Shown: positions 6,525 through 16,817, numbered from the stretch's first letter. The stretch: DNA of 40,000 nucleotides from Desemzia incerta (GCF_900115825.1 NZ_FOXW01000002.1:51795-91794); one strand, 5' to 3'. Numbers and translations: made by a program. The notes: a model not told the origin generated them from the sequence alone.

Positions 6525-6998
6525 ATGCAAATCAAAGAAACAAAAGATTTTAATTTGATGGGACAGCTGGGAAAAACCATGCAAGAAAAACATCGTGCAT
6601 TATACCCTGATTTTTTCAAACCATATGATGAGGAATCAATAGCTCAGCATTTTGAAACAGTTTTTCAAAATCCAAAAGAAAAGGTTTTTCTGTGGCTGGA
6701 TGATTCAAAACAGGATCAACCTGTCAGTGCTTATTTATGGTTAAGCGAACAAGAAATCAAAGAAACTCCTTTTCGTTATGGCTATACACGATTATATATT
6801 TCACATATAGCCGTTTTGCCGGATTACCAAAACAAAGGTCTCAGCAGTGAATTGCTGCAATTCGCAGATGATTATGCGAAAGAAAAAAAGATCCCGTATG
6901 TGGAACTGCATTATTGGGCAAATAACACGATTGCAAAAGAGACTTACCAAAAAAACGGTTTTTCTATTTACAATGAAATCGCTCAGAAGAAACTTTAA
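6525..6998 (+). CDS. GNAT family N-acetyltransferase
   Basis: 157 aa. Acetyl-CoA binding motif region IAVLPDYQNKGLSSELLQFA....NGF. SD AGGAG. Confidence 0.85.
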   Translation: MQIKETKDFNLMGQLGKTMQEKHRALYPDFFKPYDEESIAQHFETVFQNPKEKVFLWLDDSKQDQPVSAYLWLSEQEIKETPFRYGYTRLYISHIAVLPDYQNKGLSSELLQFADDYAKEKKIPYVELHYWANNTIAKETYQKNGFSIYNEIAQKKL

Positions 6999-7008
6999 AC
7001 AAAACGTC

Positions 7009-7041
7009 AAAAAGGACACAGCAAAACGCTGTGCCCTTTTT
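7009..7041. terminator. Bidirectional terminator between the convergent GNAT gene and mtnN
   Basis: Hairpin GGACACAGC/GCTGTGCCC (one mismatch), with an A5 tract upstream and a T5 tract downstream. Confidence 0.55.
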
Positions 7042-7053
7042 GATCATCTTCTT

Positions 7054-7743
7054 TTAGATGTTTTTGATGATTTCAATGACCATCTCTGCTGATTTTTTAC
7101 CCGCTTCAATAATAAATTGGTCAAAGACCACTCCTGCTTCATCATCTGCAGTATCAGAAACAGCTCGTACGATTACAAACGGCTTATTGAATTGGTAGCA
7201 TACTTGCCCTACAGCGGCTCCTTCCATTTCTGAAACAAGAGCATCCGGGAAGTTCGCTTTGATCTCTTTGATGACGTTTTTATCCGCTATAAATGAATCA
7301 CTGGTTACGATAACACCATTAACTGATTTCAATCCGACTTTTTTCGCAGCTTTATCTGTAATTTCGATCATTTGTTGATCTGCTTTATAACGCGCCGGCA
7401 TTTGAGGAACTTGTCCCATAACATAGCCGAAAGCACGTGCATCAGCATCGTGATAAGCTAATTCAGTAGAGATCACAACGTCCCCTATCGCTAAACTTCC
7501 ATCAATCGCGCCTGCAGAACCTGTATTGAATACAACATCTGCCTGGTGATCATTGATCAATAATGTAGTTGCTATCGCAGCGTTGACTTTTCCTATTCCT
7601 GATTGAACTAAGATAATGTCATGACCCCACATCTTTCCAGAAGAAAAATTTGCTCCTGCTGTAGACCAATCTTGACGATCTGTTAAATTACTTTTTAATG
7701 TAATGGTTTCTTGTTCCATTGCTCCAATGATACCGATTCTCAT
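7054..7743 (-). CDS. mtnN: 5'-methylthioadenosine/S-adenosylhomocysteine nucleosidase
   Basis: 229 aa, MRIGIIGAMEQE...SGIGKVNAA...SEMEGAAVGQV, the classic Pfs/MtnN motifs. SD GAGGAG. Confidence 0.93.
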   Translation of the reverse strand: MRIGIIGAMEQETITLKSNLTDRQDWSTAGANFSSGKMWGHDIILVQSGIGKVNAAIATTLLINDHQADVVFNTGSAGAIDGSLAIGDVVISTELAYHDADARAFGYVMGQVPQMPARYKADQQMIEITDKAAKKVGLKSVNGVIVTSDSFIADKNVIKEIKANFPDALVSEMEGAAVGQVCYQFNKPFVIVRAVSDTADDEAGVVFDQFIIEAGKKSAEMVIEIIKNI

Positions 7744-7781
7744 ACTCTATTTTCTCCTCATGTCTAGGACGCATCTATTTT

Positions 7782-8033
7782 TTATACAACAAAAACAATC
7801 ACTAAAACGATTGCCAGTAAAGCAGCCACTGCCAATATGGCTAAGTTAAGTTTCTTTCCAGCATCTCTTATTTTATCGTTTTCACTTTTACGGCTTTTAG
7901 TAGCAAATCCTTGTTTTTCTCTTTCTTTTTGGTATTTCTTTTCAGCTTTTAACCGTTTCTTTTCCCGTTCTTTTTGAGCTTTCAATTCTTGCTGCTGCTT
8001 TTCTCTTTCTTGCTCTCTTAAACTTTTACCCAT
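7782..8033 (-). CDS. Small Lys/Glu-rich protein with a C-terminal TM anchor (83 aa)
   Basis: ATG 8033 follows SD AGAGGGTGA and overlaps the nudF stop by 8 nt (ATGGGTAA). The longer track ORF (to 8147) would run inside nudF. The C-terminus LNLAILAVAALLAIVLVIVFVV is a single TM helix. Confidence 0.55.
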   Translation of the reverse strand: MGKSLREQEREKQQQELKAQKEREKKRLKAEKKYQKEREKQGFATKSRKSENDKIRDAGKKLNLAILAVAALLAIVLVIVFVV

Positions 8034-8595
8034 TGTTCTCACCCTCTTTGTTGGTTTGCAACAATTCGATTTTCCAATAAAGTAAAGCCATGATGGTTTT
8101 AGCATCAATGATTTTGCTATCTTCATAAGCTTGCCAAGCTTCTTCAAAAGACAGCTCGATCAACTCTAAAAATTCATCTTCATCTAATGCTGCTTCTTCT
8201 TGTTCTTCTAAAGACGAAGCTCGATACAAATGAATCACTTCATCTGTAAAACCAGGAGTCGTATAGAACGTTTTTACGAACTCGAACTCGTGGGCATAAT
8301 ATCCTGTTTCTTCTTTTAACTCTCTGACCCCTGTTTCTTCCGGATCAGTATCTGTATCGTCTATTTTTCCGGCAGGAATTTCATAAATCGTTTGTTCAAT
8401 CGGTTTACGAAACTGTTCTACGAATATCATTTTTCCTTCTGAGGTAAACGGCATGATCGCGACTGCTCCAGGATGTCTGACGATTTCTCTCGTAGACACT
8501 TTTCCATTGGGCAACTCTACAGACTCTACTGTATATTCTGTAATGTTCCCTTTATAAATAGATTCCTTGGATAATGTCTTTTCTTCAAATTTCAT
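8026..8595 (-). CDS. nudF: ADP-ribose pyrophosphatase (Nudix hydrolase)
   Basis: ATG 8595 follows SD AAGGGAGGA. Nudix box GKIDDTDTDPEETGVRELKEETG. Confidence 0.88.
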   Translation of the reverse strand: MKFEEKTLSKESIYKGNITEYTVESVELPNGKVSTREIVRHPGAVAIMPFTSEGKMIFVEQFRKPIEQTIYEIPAGKIDDTDTDPEETGVRELKEETGYYAHEFEFVKTFYTTPGFTDEVIHLYRASSLEEQEEAALDEDEFLELIELSFEEAWQAYEDSKIIDAKTIMALLYWKIELLQTNKEGENNG

Positions 8596-8822
8596 GACTT
8601 TTCCTCCCTTTGTCAACATCTCGTTCTATGATAACGTTGAACTCTGAAAAAAACAAGAACCAGAATATCTAACAGTCGAAAGAATCCCTAGTTTGCTTTA
8701 TACTTAGAGTAATAATTCATTCTTAAGTCGCATATATTTTCAGCTGCTTTTTATGCTAGAATAAATGTAAGATAAATGACTCATAGAGATGTTTTTAAAC
8801 TATTTTAAGAGGTGGACAAAAA

Positions 8823-9068
8823 ATGGATAATTTTATTAAAAATTTTGGAGATATTTTGAAATACACTTTTACGACTGCAAGTACCATTGTGGTTTTCTTA
8901 GTCTTGCTGGTATTTGATTTTGGTTTTTGGCCATCCTTGATCATCAGTTTGATTATCGGAAGCTTTTTATACTTTAAAAAAGACAAATCAGATAAGCCGG
9001 CAAAAACAAAAGTGCAGCGACTCCGGAAATTGACTCCCGAAAAAGAAGCATTTTATAAATCCAAATGA
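8823..9068 (+). CDS. XpaC-like protein, N-terminal membrane fragment (ends at in-frame TGA 9066-9068)
   Basis: 81 aa with two TM helices. It shares a reading frame with 9084..9530. It lies directly upstream of a telA/yaaN-like gene, as xpaC does in B. subtilis. Confidence 0.5.
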   Translation: MDNFIKNFGDILKYTFTTASTIVVFLVLLVFDFGFWPSLIISLIIGSFLYFKKDKSDKPAKTKVQRLRKLTPEKEAFYKSK

Positions 9069-9083
9069 CTTTCTAAGGATGAA

Positions 9084-9530
9084 ATGAAATTTTTTAGAGA
9101 AACGATGCAAACAGCAAAAGTTAATATATTAGAACTAGAACAAAATATGCGCAAATCTACTAAGTTGACTGCTATTGAAAAACGCAACAATACGATCCAT
9201 TTAGCGAAAGCTTTATTTAAAGAAATCACTGAAGAACCTCAACGTTTGCATGAAGTAGATAAATTCTTATACGTGCACCTTCCTTCGTTAAAAGATTTGA
9301 CCGCTAAATACATTGAGGTGGATAATCATGAAGTGAAGCACAAATCAACTTTTTCTGTTTTATCAGAAAGTGCCGAAACGATTGATGGTATGTGTAATCT
9401 GATTGCTAAAGATTACGTCTCTTTCAAATCTGAAGAAATTGAAGACATAGAATTAGAGATGGAACTTGCAAAGAAAGCCATTACAAGAGATAATCATTCC
9501 ACAGACGAAATCAATGATGAGGAACTATAA
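9084..9530 (+). CDS. XpaC-like protein, C-terminal soluble fragment
   Basis: 148-aa helical domain, in frame with 8823..9068 (9084 - 8823 = 261). Only TGA and four sense codons (LSKDE) separate the two ORFs. Confidence 0.5.
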   Translation: MKFFRETMQTAKVNILELEQNMRKSTKLTAIEKRNNTIHLAKALFKEITEEPQRLHEVDKFLYVHLPSLKDLTAKYIEVDNHEVKHKSTFSVLSESAETIDGMCNLIAKDYVSFKSEEIEDIELEMELAKKAITRDNHSTDEINDEEL

Positions 9531-9547
9531 TATTAGGAGTTGAGAGT

Positions 9548-10774
9548 ATGGTCGATACAAACAAAGAATCATTTAATACCCAAGAAAACGAAACGCCATC
9601 AACGGTCAAAGACGTAAACGTTGAATTAGAGAGTTTATTAGCTAATCCATTCCAAACACCTGCAGCTCCTGTAGCTGCAGATCCTTCTATTGAGAATGAT
9701 GTACAAAAAGAAACAAAGACTGAACGCTTGGTCGATAAACTGCCTAAAGAAAGACAACAGCAAGCTTATGCATTAGCCGGTCAAATCGACGAAAGCAATA
9801 TTGAATCGGTCATGTCTTATGGTGCAGCTGCGCAAAAAAAACTAGGGGAATTTTCTCATTCCATGCTGGATCATGTCCAAAATCAAGATACTGGAGATAT
9901 TGGAGAAACCTTGAATGAATTGATGTATCGTTTGAATGAAGCTAACCCAGATGATTTAAGAGCTGAAGACAACAATATTTTCAAAAAACTTTTTGGGAAG
10001 ATCAATCGCTCGATATATGAAGTAACCGCTAAATACCAAAAAATCGGTGCTCAAGTCGATAAAATCGCTGGTAAGTTAAACAAAGAAAAAGATTTGCTGT
10101 TGCGAGATAACGCTATGTTGGAACAATTGTACACAAAAAACTTAGACTATTTTGAAGCGTTGAATATCTACATTGCTGCCGGTGAAGTAAAAGCAGAAGA
10201 ACTTTTAACTAAGTTGATTCCTGAAGCTGTAGCAAAAGCAGAAAACAGTTCTGATCAAATGGATGTTCAACATGTAAATGATTTGAATCAATTTCTTGAT
10301 CGTCTTGAAAAACGAGTGTACGACTTGAAGTTAGCTCGTCAAATGACGATCCAACAAGCTCCGCAAATCCGTTTGATTCAAAATACAAACCAAGCATTGT
10401 CTGAAAAAATTCAATCTTCTATCAATACCGCTATTCCTTTATGGAAAAACCAAATTGTTATTGCATTGACCCTATTGAGACAAAAAGATGCTGTTGAAGC
10501 ACAACGCCAAGTATCTGAAACCACTAATGACTTATTAAAGAAAAACTCTGAACTATTGAAAACTTCTGCTATTGAAACAGCTAGAGAAAATGAACGAGGT
10601 ATTATTGACTTAGAAACCTTGCAAAAAACTCAAACTGACCTGATCGATACGCTGCAACAAACTTTGGAAATCCAAAAAGAAGGCCGTATCAAACGTAAAG
10701 AAGCAGAACGTGAGTTAACCACTATGGAGACTACTCTGCGCGATCAATTACTAGAAATCACAAGTAAAGATTAA
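9548..10774 (+). CDS. Toxic anion resistance protein (TelA/YaaN family)
   Basis: 408-aa all-helical protein. It has the TelA-type conserved stretch ...[22 protein letters not shown]...LNELM.... SD AGGAG. Confidence 0.85.
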   Translation: MVDTNKESFNTQENETPSTVKDVNVELESLLANPFQTPAAPVAADPSIENDVQKETKTERLVDKLPKERQQQAYALAGQIDESNIESVMSYGAAAQKKLGEFSHSMLDHVQNQDTGDIGETLNELMYRLNEANPDDLRAEDNNIFKKLFGKINRSIYEVTAKYQKIGAQVDKIAGKLNKEKDLLLRDNAMLEQLYTKNLDYFEALNIYIAAGEVKAEELLTKLIPEAVAKAENSSDQMDVQHVNDLNQFLDRLEKRVYDLKLARQMTIQQAPQIRLIQNTNQALSEKIQSSINTAIPLWKNQIVIALTLLRQKDAVEAQRQVSETTNDLLKKNSELLKTSAIETARENERGIIDLETLQKTQTDLIDTLQQTLEIQKEGRIKRKEAERELTTMETTLRDQLLEITSKD

Positions 10775-10813
10775 TTTTTTTCTTCCCCTTTCCATGTGAT
10801 GTGAGCATATCCT

Positions 10814-10842
10814 TTGAACTTTGAACAATTAGTGTCTATACT
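10814..10842 (+). promoter_or_regulatory. Putative sigma-A promoter of the GlsB-like gene
   Basis: TTGAAC (10814-10819), 17-nt spacer, TATACT (10837-10842). Confidence 0.5.
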
Positions 10843-10895
10843 AGGTATTGTAATAGTTCATTACAAATACTTTATTTCTTAGGAGAGTGGAACTT

Positions 10896-11144
10896 ATGTC
10901 ATTTATTTGGTCATTAATCGTTGGTGGTATTTTAGGAGCCGTTGCTGGGATGATCGTTGGACGCGACGTACCGTTTGGTATCGTTGGTAACATCATTGCT
11001 GGATTTATCGGATCTTGGTTAGGTACATCATTATTAGGACAATGGGGTTTGAATATCGGAGGATTTTACATCTTCCCAGCGCTGATTGGTGCTATCGTTC
11101 TAATATTAATCTTCTCTTTCATTACTGGAAGACGCAAAGGGTAA
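10896..11144 (+). CDS. GlsB/YeaQ/YmgE family stress-response membrane protein
   Basis: ATG 10896 lies 9 nt after SD AGGAGA. Glycine-zipper TM repeats (IVGGILGAVAGMIVG...IAGFIGSWLG). Confidence 0.85.
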   Translation: MSFIWSLIVGGILGAVAGMIVGRDVPFGIVGNIIAGFIGSWLGTSLLGQWGLNIGGFYIFPALIGAIVLILIFSFITGRRKG

Positions 11145-11165
11145 TTGTTCCCTAATAAAATAAAA

Positions 11166-11196
11166 AAGATATACTCTTCGGAGTATATCTTTTTTA
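11166..11196 (+). terminator. Intrinsic terminator of the GlsB-like gene
   Basis: 11-bp stem AAGATATACTC/GAGTATATCTT, TTCG loop, T-run. Confidence 0.8.
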
Positions 11197-11211
11197 TTTT
11201 AATGTAAAACG

Positions 11212-11245
11212 ATAAAAAGAATGGAAACTATGAAGTCTCCATTCT
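11212..11245 (-). terminator. Intrinsic terminator of csp
   Basis: Minus-strand hairpin AGAATGGAGAC/GTTTCCATTCT (one mismatch), followed by TTTTTA. Confidence 0.6.
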
Positions 11246-11259
11246 TTTTGATTTTTTAA

Positions 11260-11460
11260 TTATAATTTAACAACGTTAGCTGCTTGAGGTCCACGGTTGC
11301 CTTCAACAATTTCAAATTCTACCGCTTGTCCTTCTTCTAAAGTTTTAAAACCATCGCCAGTGATTGCGCTGAAATGTACGAATACATCGTCTCCGCCTTC
11401 AACTTCGATAAATCCAAAACCTTTCTCAGCGTTAAACCATTTTACAGTTCCTTTTTCCAT
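11260..11460 (-). CDS. Cold-shock protein (CspA family)
   Basis: 66 aa, [19 protein letters not shown]...VFVHFSAI, carrying the RNP1/RNP2 motifs. Confidence 0.97.
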   Translation of the reverse strand: MEKGTVKWFNAEKGFGFIEVEGGDDVFVHFSAITGDGFKTLEEGQAVEFEIVEGNRGPQAANVVKL

Positions 11461-11636
11461 AACTAACTACCTCCACTATATCTTATTGCAACAGATCTTT
11501 TTTCTATAGAGGTCTATTTATGTAACTCAACGATCAAAGTGCATTTATACAAATATAAACGTCGTTCTTGATTAGTTATTGATGTGACATAAAATCAACT
11601 TTCTCATTTTTAAAAACAAAATCTATTACATTTTCA

Positions 11637-11665
11637 ATTATAACGCAGTTGTTTTTTATTTGCAA
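11637..11665 (-). promoter_or_regulatory. csp promoter (gives a 5'UTR of about 170 nt)
   Basis: The minus strand reads TTGCAA, a 17-nt spacer, then TATAAT (-35 at 11665-11660, -10 at 11642-11637). Long 5'UTRs are typical of cold-shock mRNAs. Confidence 0.6.
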
Positions 11666-11805
11666 GGGCTATCATCTGCATTTTAACAGCGAACAACAGC
11701 TTTTTATTGATTATGAGTTTTCAACTACTTTGGAAACGTTCTATCAAAATAGTTCTCATTCACCACCTACCTCAAATTAATTGCCCTCTTTTCACTTTCG
11801 TACTC

Positions 11806-11850
11806 AATAAAAAAGCTCCATCAAACAGATTGAACTGTTTAATGGAGCTT
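11806..11850 (-). terminator. ileS intrinsic terminator
   Basis: Composite hairpin AGCTCCAT..AAACAG-TTCAAT-CTGTTT..ATGGAGCT, followed by a U-tract on the minus strand. Confidence 0.8.
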
Positions 11851-11856
11851 ACTGGT

Positions 11857-14649
11857 CTATTCTGCTTCTGTTTCAGGTATTAACGCTTCTGGATAGTGTT
11901 CCTTCACGATATGGTAGCAACGACCACAAAGTGTTGGAGCCTCCTCAAATGATCCCACTTCTTCACTGACGATGCGGCATCTTTCACACGTCTCTCCGTG
12001 TGCATGTTCAATAGAAACAGCTACATCTGCAAATTTATGAGCTGATTCAGGTGCTGACTCGTAATCACCAGCAATTTCTAAATCAGAAACGATCAATAAT
12101 TGCCCAATATTTGCGTCTAAACTATTCAACAACTCTTTTACTTCTGCTGTTGGGTAAAGAGTTACTTTTGCTTCAAATGACTTACCAATGATTTTTTCAT
12201 TACGTGCTTCTTCCAAAGCTTTCAATACTTCATCTCGCACATTCATGAATGCTTTCCAATCTTTTAACACTTCTTCTTGATTGTTGAAACGTTCTACTTC
12301 AGGTAATTCTGCCAATTGAGCAAATTCTTCGTCTTCTTTAAGGAGTTTCCAAATCTCTTCACTAGTATGCGGAAGGATTGGTGTCAATAATTTTGTCATC
12401 TTCACTAAGATATCGTAAAAGACTGTTTGCATAGCACGACGATCGTGTCCATCTTCTAAGTCGATGTAAACAATATCTTTAGCAATATCTAAATAGAATT
12501 GAGACAAATCAACTGTACAGAAGTTCATTACTGTTTGGTAAATCCCCTTGAAATCATACGTTTCATAAGAATGTTTGATTTTTTCTACGATTTGGTTGAA
12601 ACGAATCAACATATATTGGTCTAAAGCATTCAACTCTTCGTAAGCAACGGCATTGACTGCAGGATCAAAATCAGATGTATTAGCCATTAAGAAACGCATC
12701 GTGTTACGTATTTTACGGTAACCTTCAGATACTTGTTTCAAAATATCATCTGAGACGCGCACATCGTATTCGTAATCAACGCTTGAAACCCACAAACGAA
12801 TAATATCTGCACCCATTTGTTTGATTACTTTATTTGGAACAATAACATTTCCGATAGACTTACTCATCTTACGGCCTTCTCCATCCATTACGAAACCTTG
12901 AGAAAGGACGCTTCTGTAAGGAGCTTCTTCGTTAACCGCCACAGAGGTTGTCAAACTAGAGTTAAACCAGCCTCGGTATTGATCTGAGCCTTCTAGATAC
13001 ATGTCTGCTGGGAATGATAACTCTGGACGAGTTTTCAATACACCTGCATGAGATGATCCTGAGTCAAACCATACATCCATGATATCTGTTTCTTTAGTAA
13101 ATTCATTATTTGGACTAGCTGGATGCGTAAAGCCTTCTGGTAATAAATCTTTTGCTTCCCGTTCAAACCACACATTCGATCCATGCTCACTCACTAATGA
13201 AGCCACATGATCAATGGTTTCTGGAGTAATAATCGGTTCGCCATTTTCAGCATAGAAAATCGGCAGAGGCACGCCCCATACACGTTGACGTGAAATAACC
13301 CAATCACCGCGGTCTCGAACCATATTGTACAATCTTGGTTTTCCTGATGGATGCAACCACGTTACATCATTTTCAATAGCATCTAAAATTTGTTGACGGA
13401 ATTTATCGATTGAAGCAAACCATTGAGGTGTTGCTCTAAAAATAACTGGTTTTTTTGTTCTCCAGTCATGAGGGTAGCTATGTGTAAAGAAGCTCATTTT
13501 CAACAAGTTTCCTTTTTCTTCAAGCCATTCCGTAATTTGTTTGTTGGCAGTATCATAGAAAACACCTTCTAAGCCTGGTGCTTCATCAGTGAAACATCCT
13601 TTATCATCAATAGGAGAAAGAACACCTAGTTTGTATTTTTGACCTGCAATATAGTCATCTTCCCCGTGTCCAGGAGCCGTGTGAACTAAACCAGTACCGG
13701 CTTCTAGTGTAACGTGATCTCCCACAATTACTAGAGATGTACGATCATACAATGGATGTTGTGCTGTCATCAATTCTAAGTCTTTTCCGTTCACTTCAGA
13801 TACGGTTTCAACATTTTCCCAACCTAATGTGGCTGCTACATCGTTTACTAAGTCTTTAGCCAATACATATTTTTTGCCATCAACTTCAACTACAGAGTAC
13901 ACATAATCTGCATTCACAGCGATAGCTAAGTTTGCTGGAATCGTCCATGGTGTAGTTGTCCAGATCACGAATGATGTGTCACCATTTAAAATTCCTTTTC
14001 CGTCAACAACTGGGAAAGAAACATAGATACTTGGTGATTTAACATCTTGGTATTCAATTTCAGCTTCAGCTAATGAAGATTCACTAGATGGTGACCAGTA
14101 AATAGGTTTCAAACCTTTATAGATGTATCCTTTTTCCGCCATCTGTCCGAATAAACGAATTTGTTGTTCTTCAAATTTAGGATCTAGAGTCACATAAGGA
14201 TTGTCCCAATCACCAGCTACTCCAAGACGTTTAAAATCTTCTCTTTGTTGGTTGATTTGTTTCCAAGCATACTCCTCACAAATCTTGCGGAATTCTGCTT
14301 CCGACATTTCTTTCCGTTTCACACCGCTGTTTGTGACAGCTTGTTCAATAGGCAGTCCATGTGTATCCCATCCAGGAACGTAAGGAGAACGGAAACCGCT
14401 CATGCTTTTTGATCGGATGATAATATCTTTTGTAATTTTGTTTAAAGCGTGACCCATATGGATATCGCCGTTTGCATATGGAGGTCCATCATGCAAGATA
14501 AAAGTTGGTTTATCTGAGTTTTTTTCTTGACGTTTTTCATATACACCAGCATCTTTCCACTCTTGTTGCCATTCCACTTCTCGTACTGGCAAGTTTCCTC
14601 GCATTTTGAATTTAGTATTTCCTAAATTCAATGTTTCTTTCATTTTCAT
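11857..14649 (-). CDS. ileS: Isoleucine--tRNA ligase
   Basis: Start [21 protein letters not shown] at 14649 after SD AGAGGGG. HIGH (HMGH) and KMSKS motifs are present, with a C-terminal Zn-finger CERCR...CGRC. The 41-codon upstream extension in the track ORF runs through the T-box leader. Confidence 0.98.
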   Translation of the reverse strand: MKMKETLNLGNTKFKMRGNLPVREVEWQQEWKDAGVYEKRQEKNSDKPTFILHDGPPYANGDIHMGHALNKITKDIIIRSKSMSGFRSPYVPGWDTHGLPIEQAVTNSGVKRKEMSEAEFRKICEEYAWKQINQQREDFKRLGVAGDWDNPYVTLDPKFEEQQIRLFGQMAEKGYIYKGLKPIYWSPSSESSLAEAEIEYQDVKSPSIYVSFPVVDGKGILNGDTSFVIWTTTPWTIPANLAIAVNADYVYSVVEVDGKKYVLAKDLVNDVAATLGWENVETVSEVNGKDLELMTAQHPLYDRTSLVIVGDHVTLEAGTGLVHTAPGHGEDDYIAGQKYKLGVLSPIDDKGCFTDEAPGLEGVFYDTANKQITEWLEEKGNLLKMSFFTHSYPHDWRTKKPVIFRATPQWFASIDKFRQQILDAIENDVTWLHPSGKPRLYNMVRDRGDWVISRQRVWGVPLPIFYAENGEPIITPETIDHVASLVSEHGSNVWFEREAKDLLPEGFTHPASPNNEFTKETDIMDVWFDSGSSHAGVLKTRPELSFPADMYLEGSDQYRGWFNSSLTTSVAVNEEAPYRSVLSQGFVMDGEGRKMSKSIGNVIVPNKVIKQMGADIIRLWVSSVDYEYDVRVSDDILKQVSEGYRKIRNTMRFLMANTSDFDPAVNAVAYEELNALDQYMLIRFNQIVEKIKHSYETYDFKGIYQTVMNFCTVDLSQFYLDIAKDIVYIDLEDGHDRRAMQTVFYDILVKMTKLLTPILPHTSEEIWKLLKEDEEFAQLAELPEVERFNNQEEVLKDWKAFMNVRDEVLKALEEARNEKIIGKSFEAKVTLYPTAEVKELLNSLDANIGQLLIVSDLEIAGDYESAPESAHKFADVAVSIEHAHGETCERCRIVSEEVGSFEEAPTLCGRCYHIVKEHYPEALIPETEAE

Positions 14650-14720
14650 TGTAAGAATTCCCCTCTTCTTTGTTTTTCCTTGTTTCCTTTGATCAACACC
14701 ATTGCCTAACTTTTGGAGCA

Positions 14721-14962
14721 TAAAAAAAAGACCTCCTCCCAAAAGGGACGAAATCTTCGTGGTACCACCCATAGTTCAAGAAAAGAGTTCCCTCTTTTCT
14801 CCTCTAGTAATTGTTAACGCCAATCACACGATTGATTCTACTCCTAGTTCGAATCAATACTCATGGAGGATCTTACGACAGCAGGGACTTGTTAGACTTA
14901 CACTATCTCTAACTCGCTGAAAAGTATACTTACTGTCGCTTTCTGTTCCAATCTTCGCTATT
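14721..14962 (-). promoter_or_regulatory. T-box riboswitch leader of ileS (Ile specifier AUC)
   Basis: The minus strand reads AACTATGGGTGGTACCACGAAGATTTCGTCCCTTTTGGGAGGAGGTCTTTTTTTT. It holds the conserved T-box motif and an alternative terminator helix GATTTCGTCCC/GGGAGGAGGTC followed by U8. Stem I elements AGCGAAGA and AGAGATAGTG lie upstream. AUC at 14871-14869 sits in an internal loop between helices CGACAG/CUGUCG and UGGA/UCCA. Confidence 0.85.
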
Positions 14963-14980
14963 CATTATTCAAATGGTTGA

Positions 14981-15676
14981 TTATAAAGGCATTTCTACAG
15001 CAGGCATGTTGCCTTCTTCGTAGTCCGCTTCATCTGTTTCAGACGAAGTTTTTTCTGAAACAGTCTCAGAATGAACTTCAATGGATTCCGTTCTTTCAGA
15101 ATCATCATCTGTTATTATAGCTTTTTCGACATCTACTGGCAACCGTTTCTCATTAGTTTCTGTCTTTTTCAGAAATTCTTTAACCGTTGGAATTTCGATA
15201 ACTTCTTCTACATCGCTTTTCAGCAACTCATCCCATTCGTTGTTTTTTACCATTTCCAATTGAGATTCAATCATCAATTGAAGACGTTGCTTGAATACAC
15301 GGCTTTGTTTTTTCAATTCTTCTGTTTCAGCAGTGATTCTACGAGCTTTTTCAACGGAATCGTTCAATAAGCGATCTGCATTATTTTCAGCTTCTTGAAT
15401 GATGATAGCTGCTTCTTTATCAGAGTTTTCTTTCAAACGGTCAGCAGCCTCTTGAGCAACAATAATGGATTTATTCAAAGATTCTTGAAGATTATTGTAA
15501 TAAGCCACTTTTTCTTCAGCAAATTTCAAGTTCTTTTCCAATTCTTTTTTGTCTTTTAAAATGGCTTCGTAATCCTTGATGATTTGATCTAAATAATCAT
15601 TTACTTCATCTTGGTCGTAACCACGCATTTTGACCGGAAATTCTTTATTATGTATATCTAATGGTGTTAGTACCAT
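14981..15676 (-). CDS. divIVA: Cell division protein DivIVA
   Basis: ATG 15676 follows SD GGAGGTG. The N-terminus MVLTPLDIHNKEFPVKMRGYDQDEVNDYLD is canonical DivIVA. A coiled coil and an acidic tail follow. Confidence 0.93.
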   Translation of the reverse strand: MVLTPLDIHNKEFPVKMRGYDQDEVNDYLDQIIKDYEAILKDKKELEKNLKFAEEKVAYYNNLQESLNKSIIVAQEAADRLKENSDKEAAIIIQEAENNADRLLNDSVEKARRITAETEELKKQSRVFKQRLQLMIESQLEMVKNNEWDELLKSDVEEVIEIPTVKEFLKKTETNEKRLPVDVEKAIITDDDSERTESIEVHSETVSEKTSSETDEADYEEGNMPAVEMPL

Positions 15677-15710
15677 TATTGACACCTCCAATAGTAAAGT
15701 TGTTAGTCTG

Positions 15711-16493
15711 TTATTTAAATAAAACGCCTAATTCAAGTTTCCATTTGTCTTTCTTGCTTTTTCCTTCAATTTCTTGTATTTGGAAACGTCCAAACCCGCG
15801 AACTGAAACAATATCTTGTAAGTCCAACACAAAATCCGGACGTTGCATTTCAGTCCAATTGACCTTAATATGCCCTGATTCTATCATTTGTTTGGCACGT
15901 TGTCTAGAAATCTTGAAAATACTTGAAACAAGCACATCAATACGCATAGATGAAACGGTATCGTGGACAATCGTCCAACTATCTTTAGGAACGATCATAT
16001 CGGTGTAGCGTCTTTCTTCTAACCGAACAGCGACTCTCCCAATTTTATCGATTTGAGAGACCACATAGTTCTCGATAGAGTCGTCAATAAAAAATTGCCA
16101 TCTCTCTCCATCCGAAATAATATCTCCGAAATATTCCCTTTTCATACCGGTAGAAAGCAGAGTACCCAATATTTTCCCATGAGACATGGTGGCAAACTTC
16201 GCTGGGTACTTTACTTCATACAAGCGGATATTGAAATCTTCTTGTTTCGGTTCAAAGTAAGTCGGACAAATAAATGCTCGGTTTCTCTCAGAGGATTCGT
16301 ATCCTCCAAAAGAATGCAACTTGATTTCACTGCTTTTACCGATGATCGTTTCCAATATATAGTATTGGCGAGGATCTAAAAAATTTGTCAGTACCGGTGT
16401 ATATTGGTCCTCAACTTCTCTGACCCAATCCATTACCATATCAATAAAAGGTATTTCATCTTTTCGGAAATGCTGATAAACATTTTCAATCAT
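15711..16493 (-). CDS. ylmH: YlmH family RNA-binding protein (S4 domain)
   Basis: 260 aa with a C-terminal S4-like domain. It occupies the conserved position between yggT and divIVA. Confidence 0.85.
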   Translation of the reverse strand: MIENVYQHFRKDEIPFIDMVMDWVREVEDQYTPVLTNFLDPRQYYILETIIGKSSEIKLHSFGGYESSERNRAFICPTYFEPKQEDFNIRLYEVKYPAKFATMSHGKILGTLLSTGMKREYFGDIISDGERWQFFIDDSIENYVVSQIDKIGRVAVRLEERRYTDMIVPKDSWTIVHDTVSSMRIDVLVSSIFKISRQRAKQMIESGHIKVNWTEMQRPDFVLDLQDIVSVRGFGRFQIQEIEGKSKKDKWKLELGVLFK

Positions 16494-16506
16494 TGTGACC
16501 TACCCC

Positions 16507-16797
16507 TTATGAAAGTATTAATCGATAAATGAACACGAAGATACTATCTAAACCTGAACTTGCCAGATTCAATACAAATAACGCTACTATTCCAGATATA
16601 CTGATCATACCGATTGGCGGAATGAATCTGCGGAATATTTCCAAATAAGGTTCGCAAATTCGAGCCAACAACTGCCCAAAAGTAGATTGATAAGCATTCG
16701 GAAACCAAGACATCAGTATATAAATAATCAGTAATACGGAATAAATTTCTAGAGCAGCAGATAATACATCATGAAGTACAAATAGTAAGTTTAACAC
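16507..16797 (-). CDS. yggT: YggT family membrane protein (YlmG)
   Basis: 96 aa, GTG start, two TM segments. Conserved position after sepF. Confidence 0.85.
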   Translation of the reverse strand: MLNLLFVLHDVLSAALEIYSVLLIIYILMSWFPNAYQSTFGQLLARICEPYLEIFRRFIPPIGMISISGIVALFVLNLASSGLDSIFVFIYRLILS

Positions 16798-16817
16798 TGA
16801 ATGGTATTTCCTCTCTT

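Noticed and set aside
7782-8147. The long 121-aa version of the ORF downstream of nudF
   Set aside because: Its first 38 codons lie inside nudF in another frame with no SD. The SD-preceded ATG at 8033 is used instead.
9066-9068. The in-frame TGA in the xpaC-like gene read as selenocysteine or reassigned Trp
   Set aside because: I saw no SECIS-like hairpin immediately downstream. Other genes in the window end in TGA, so the codon is a normal stop here. A nonsense mutation or split gene is more parsimonious.
14650-14772. A 41-codon N-terminal extension of the ileS ORF (track start 14772)
   Set aside because: It runs through the T-box antiterminator/terminator sequence and has no SD. The canonical IleS N-terminus MKMKETLNL starts at 14649 after AGAGGGG.
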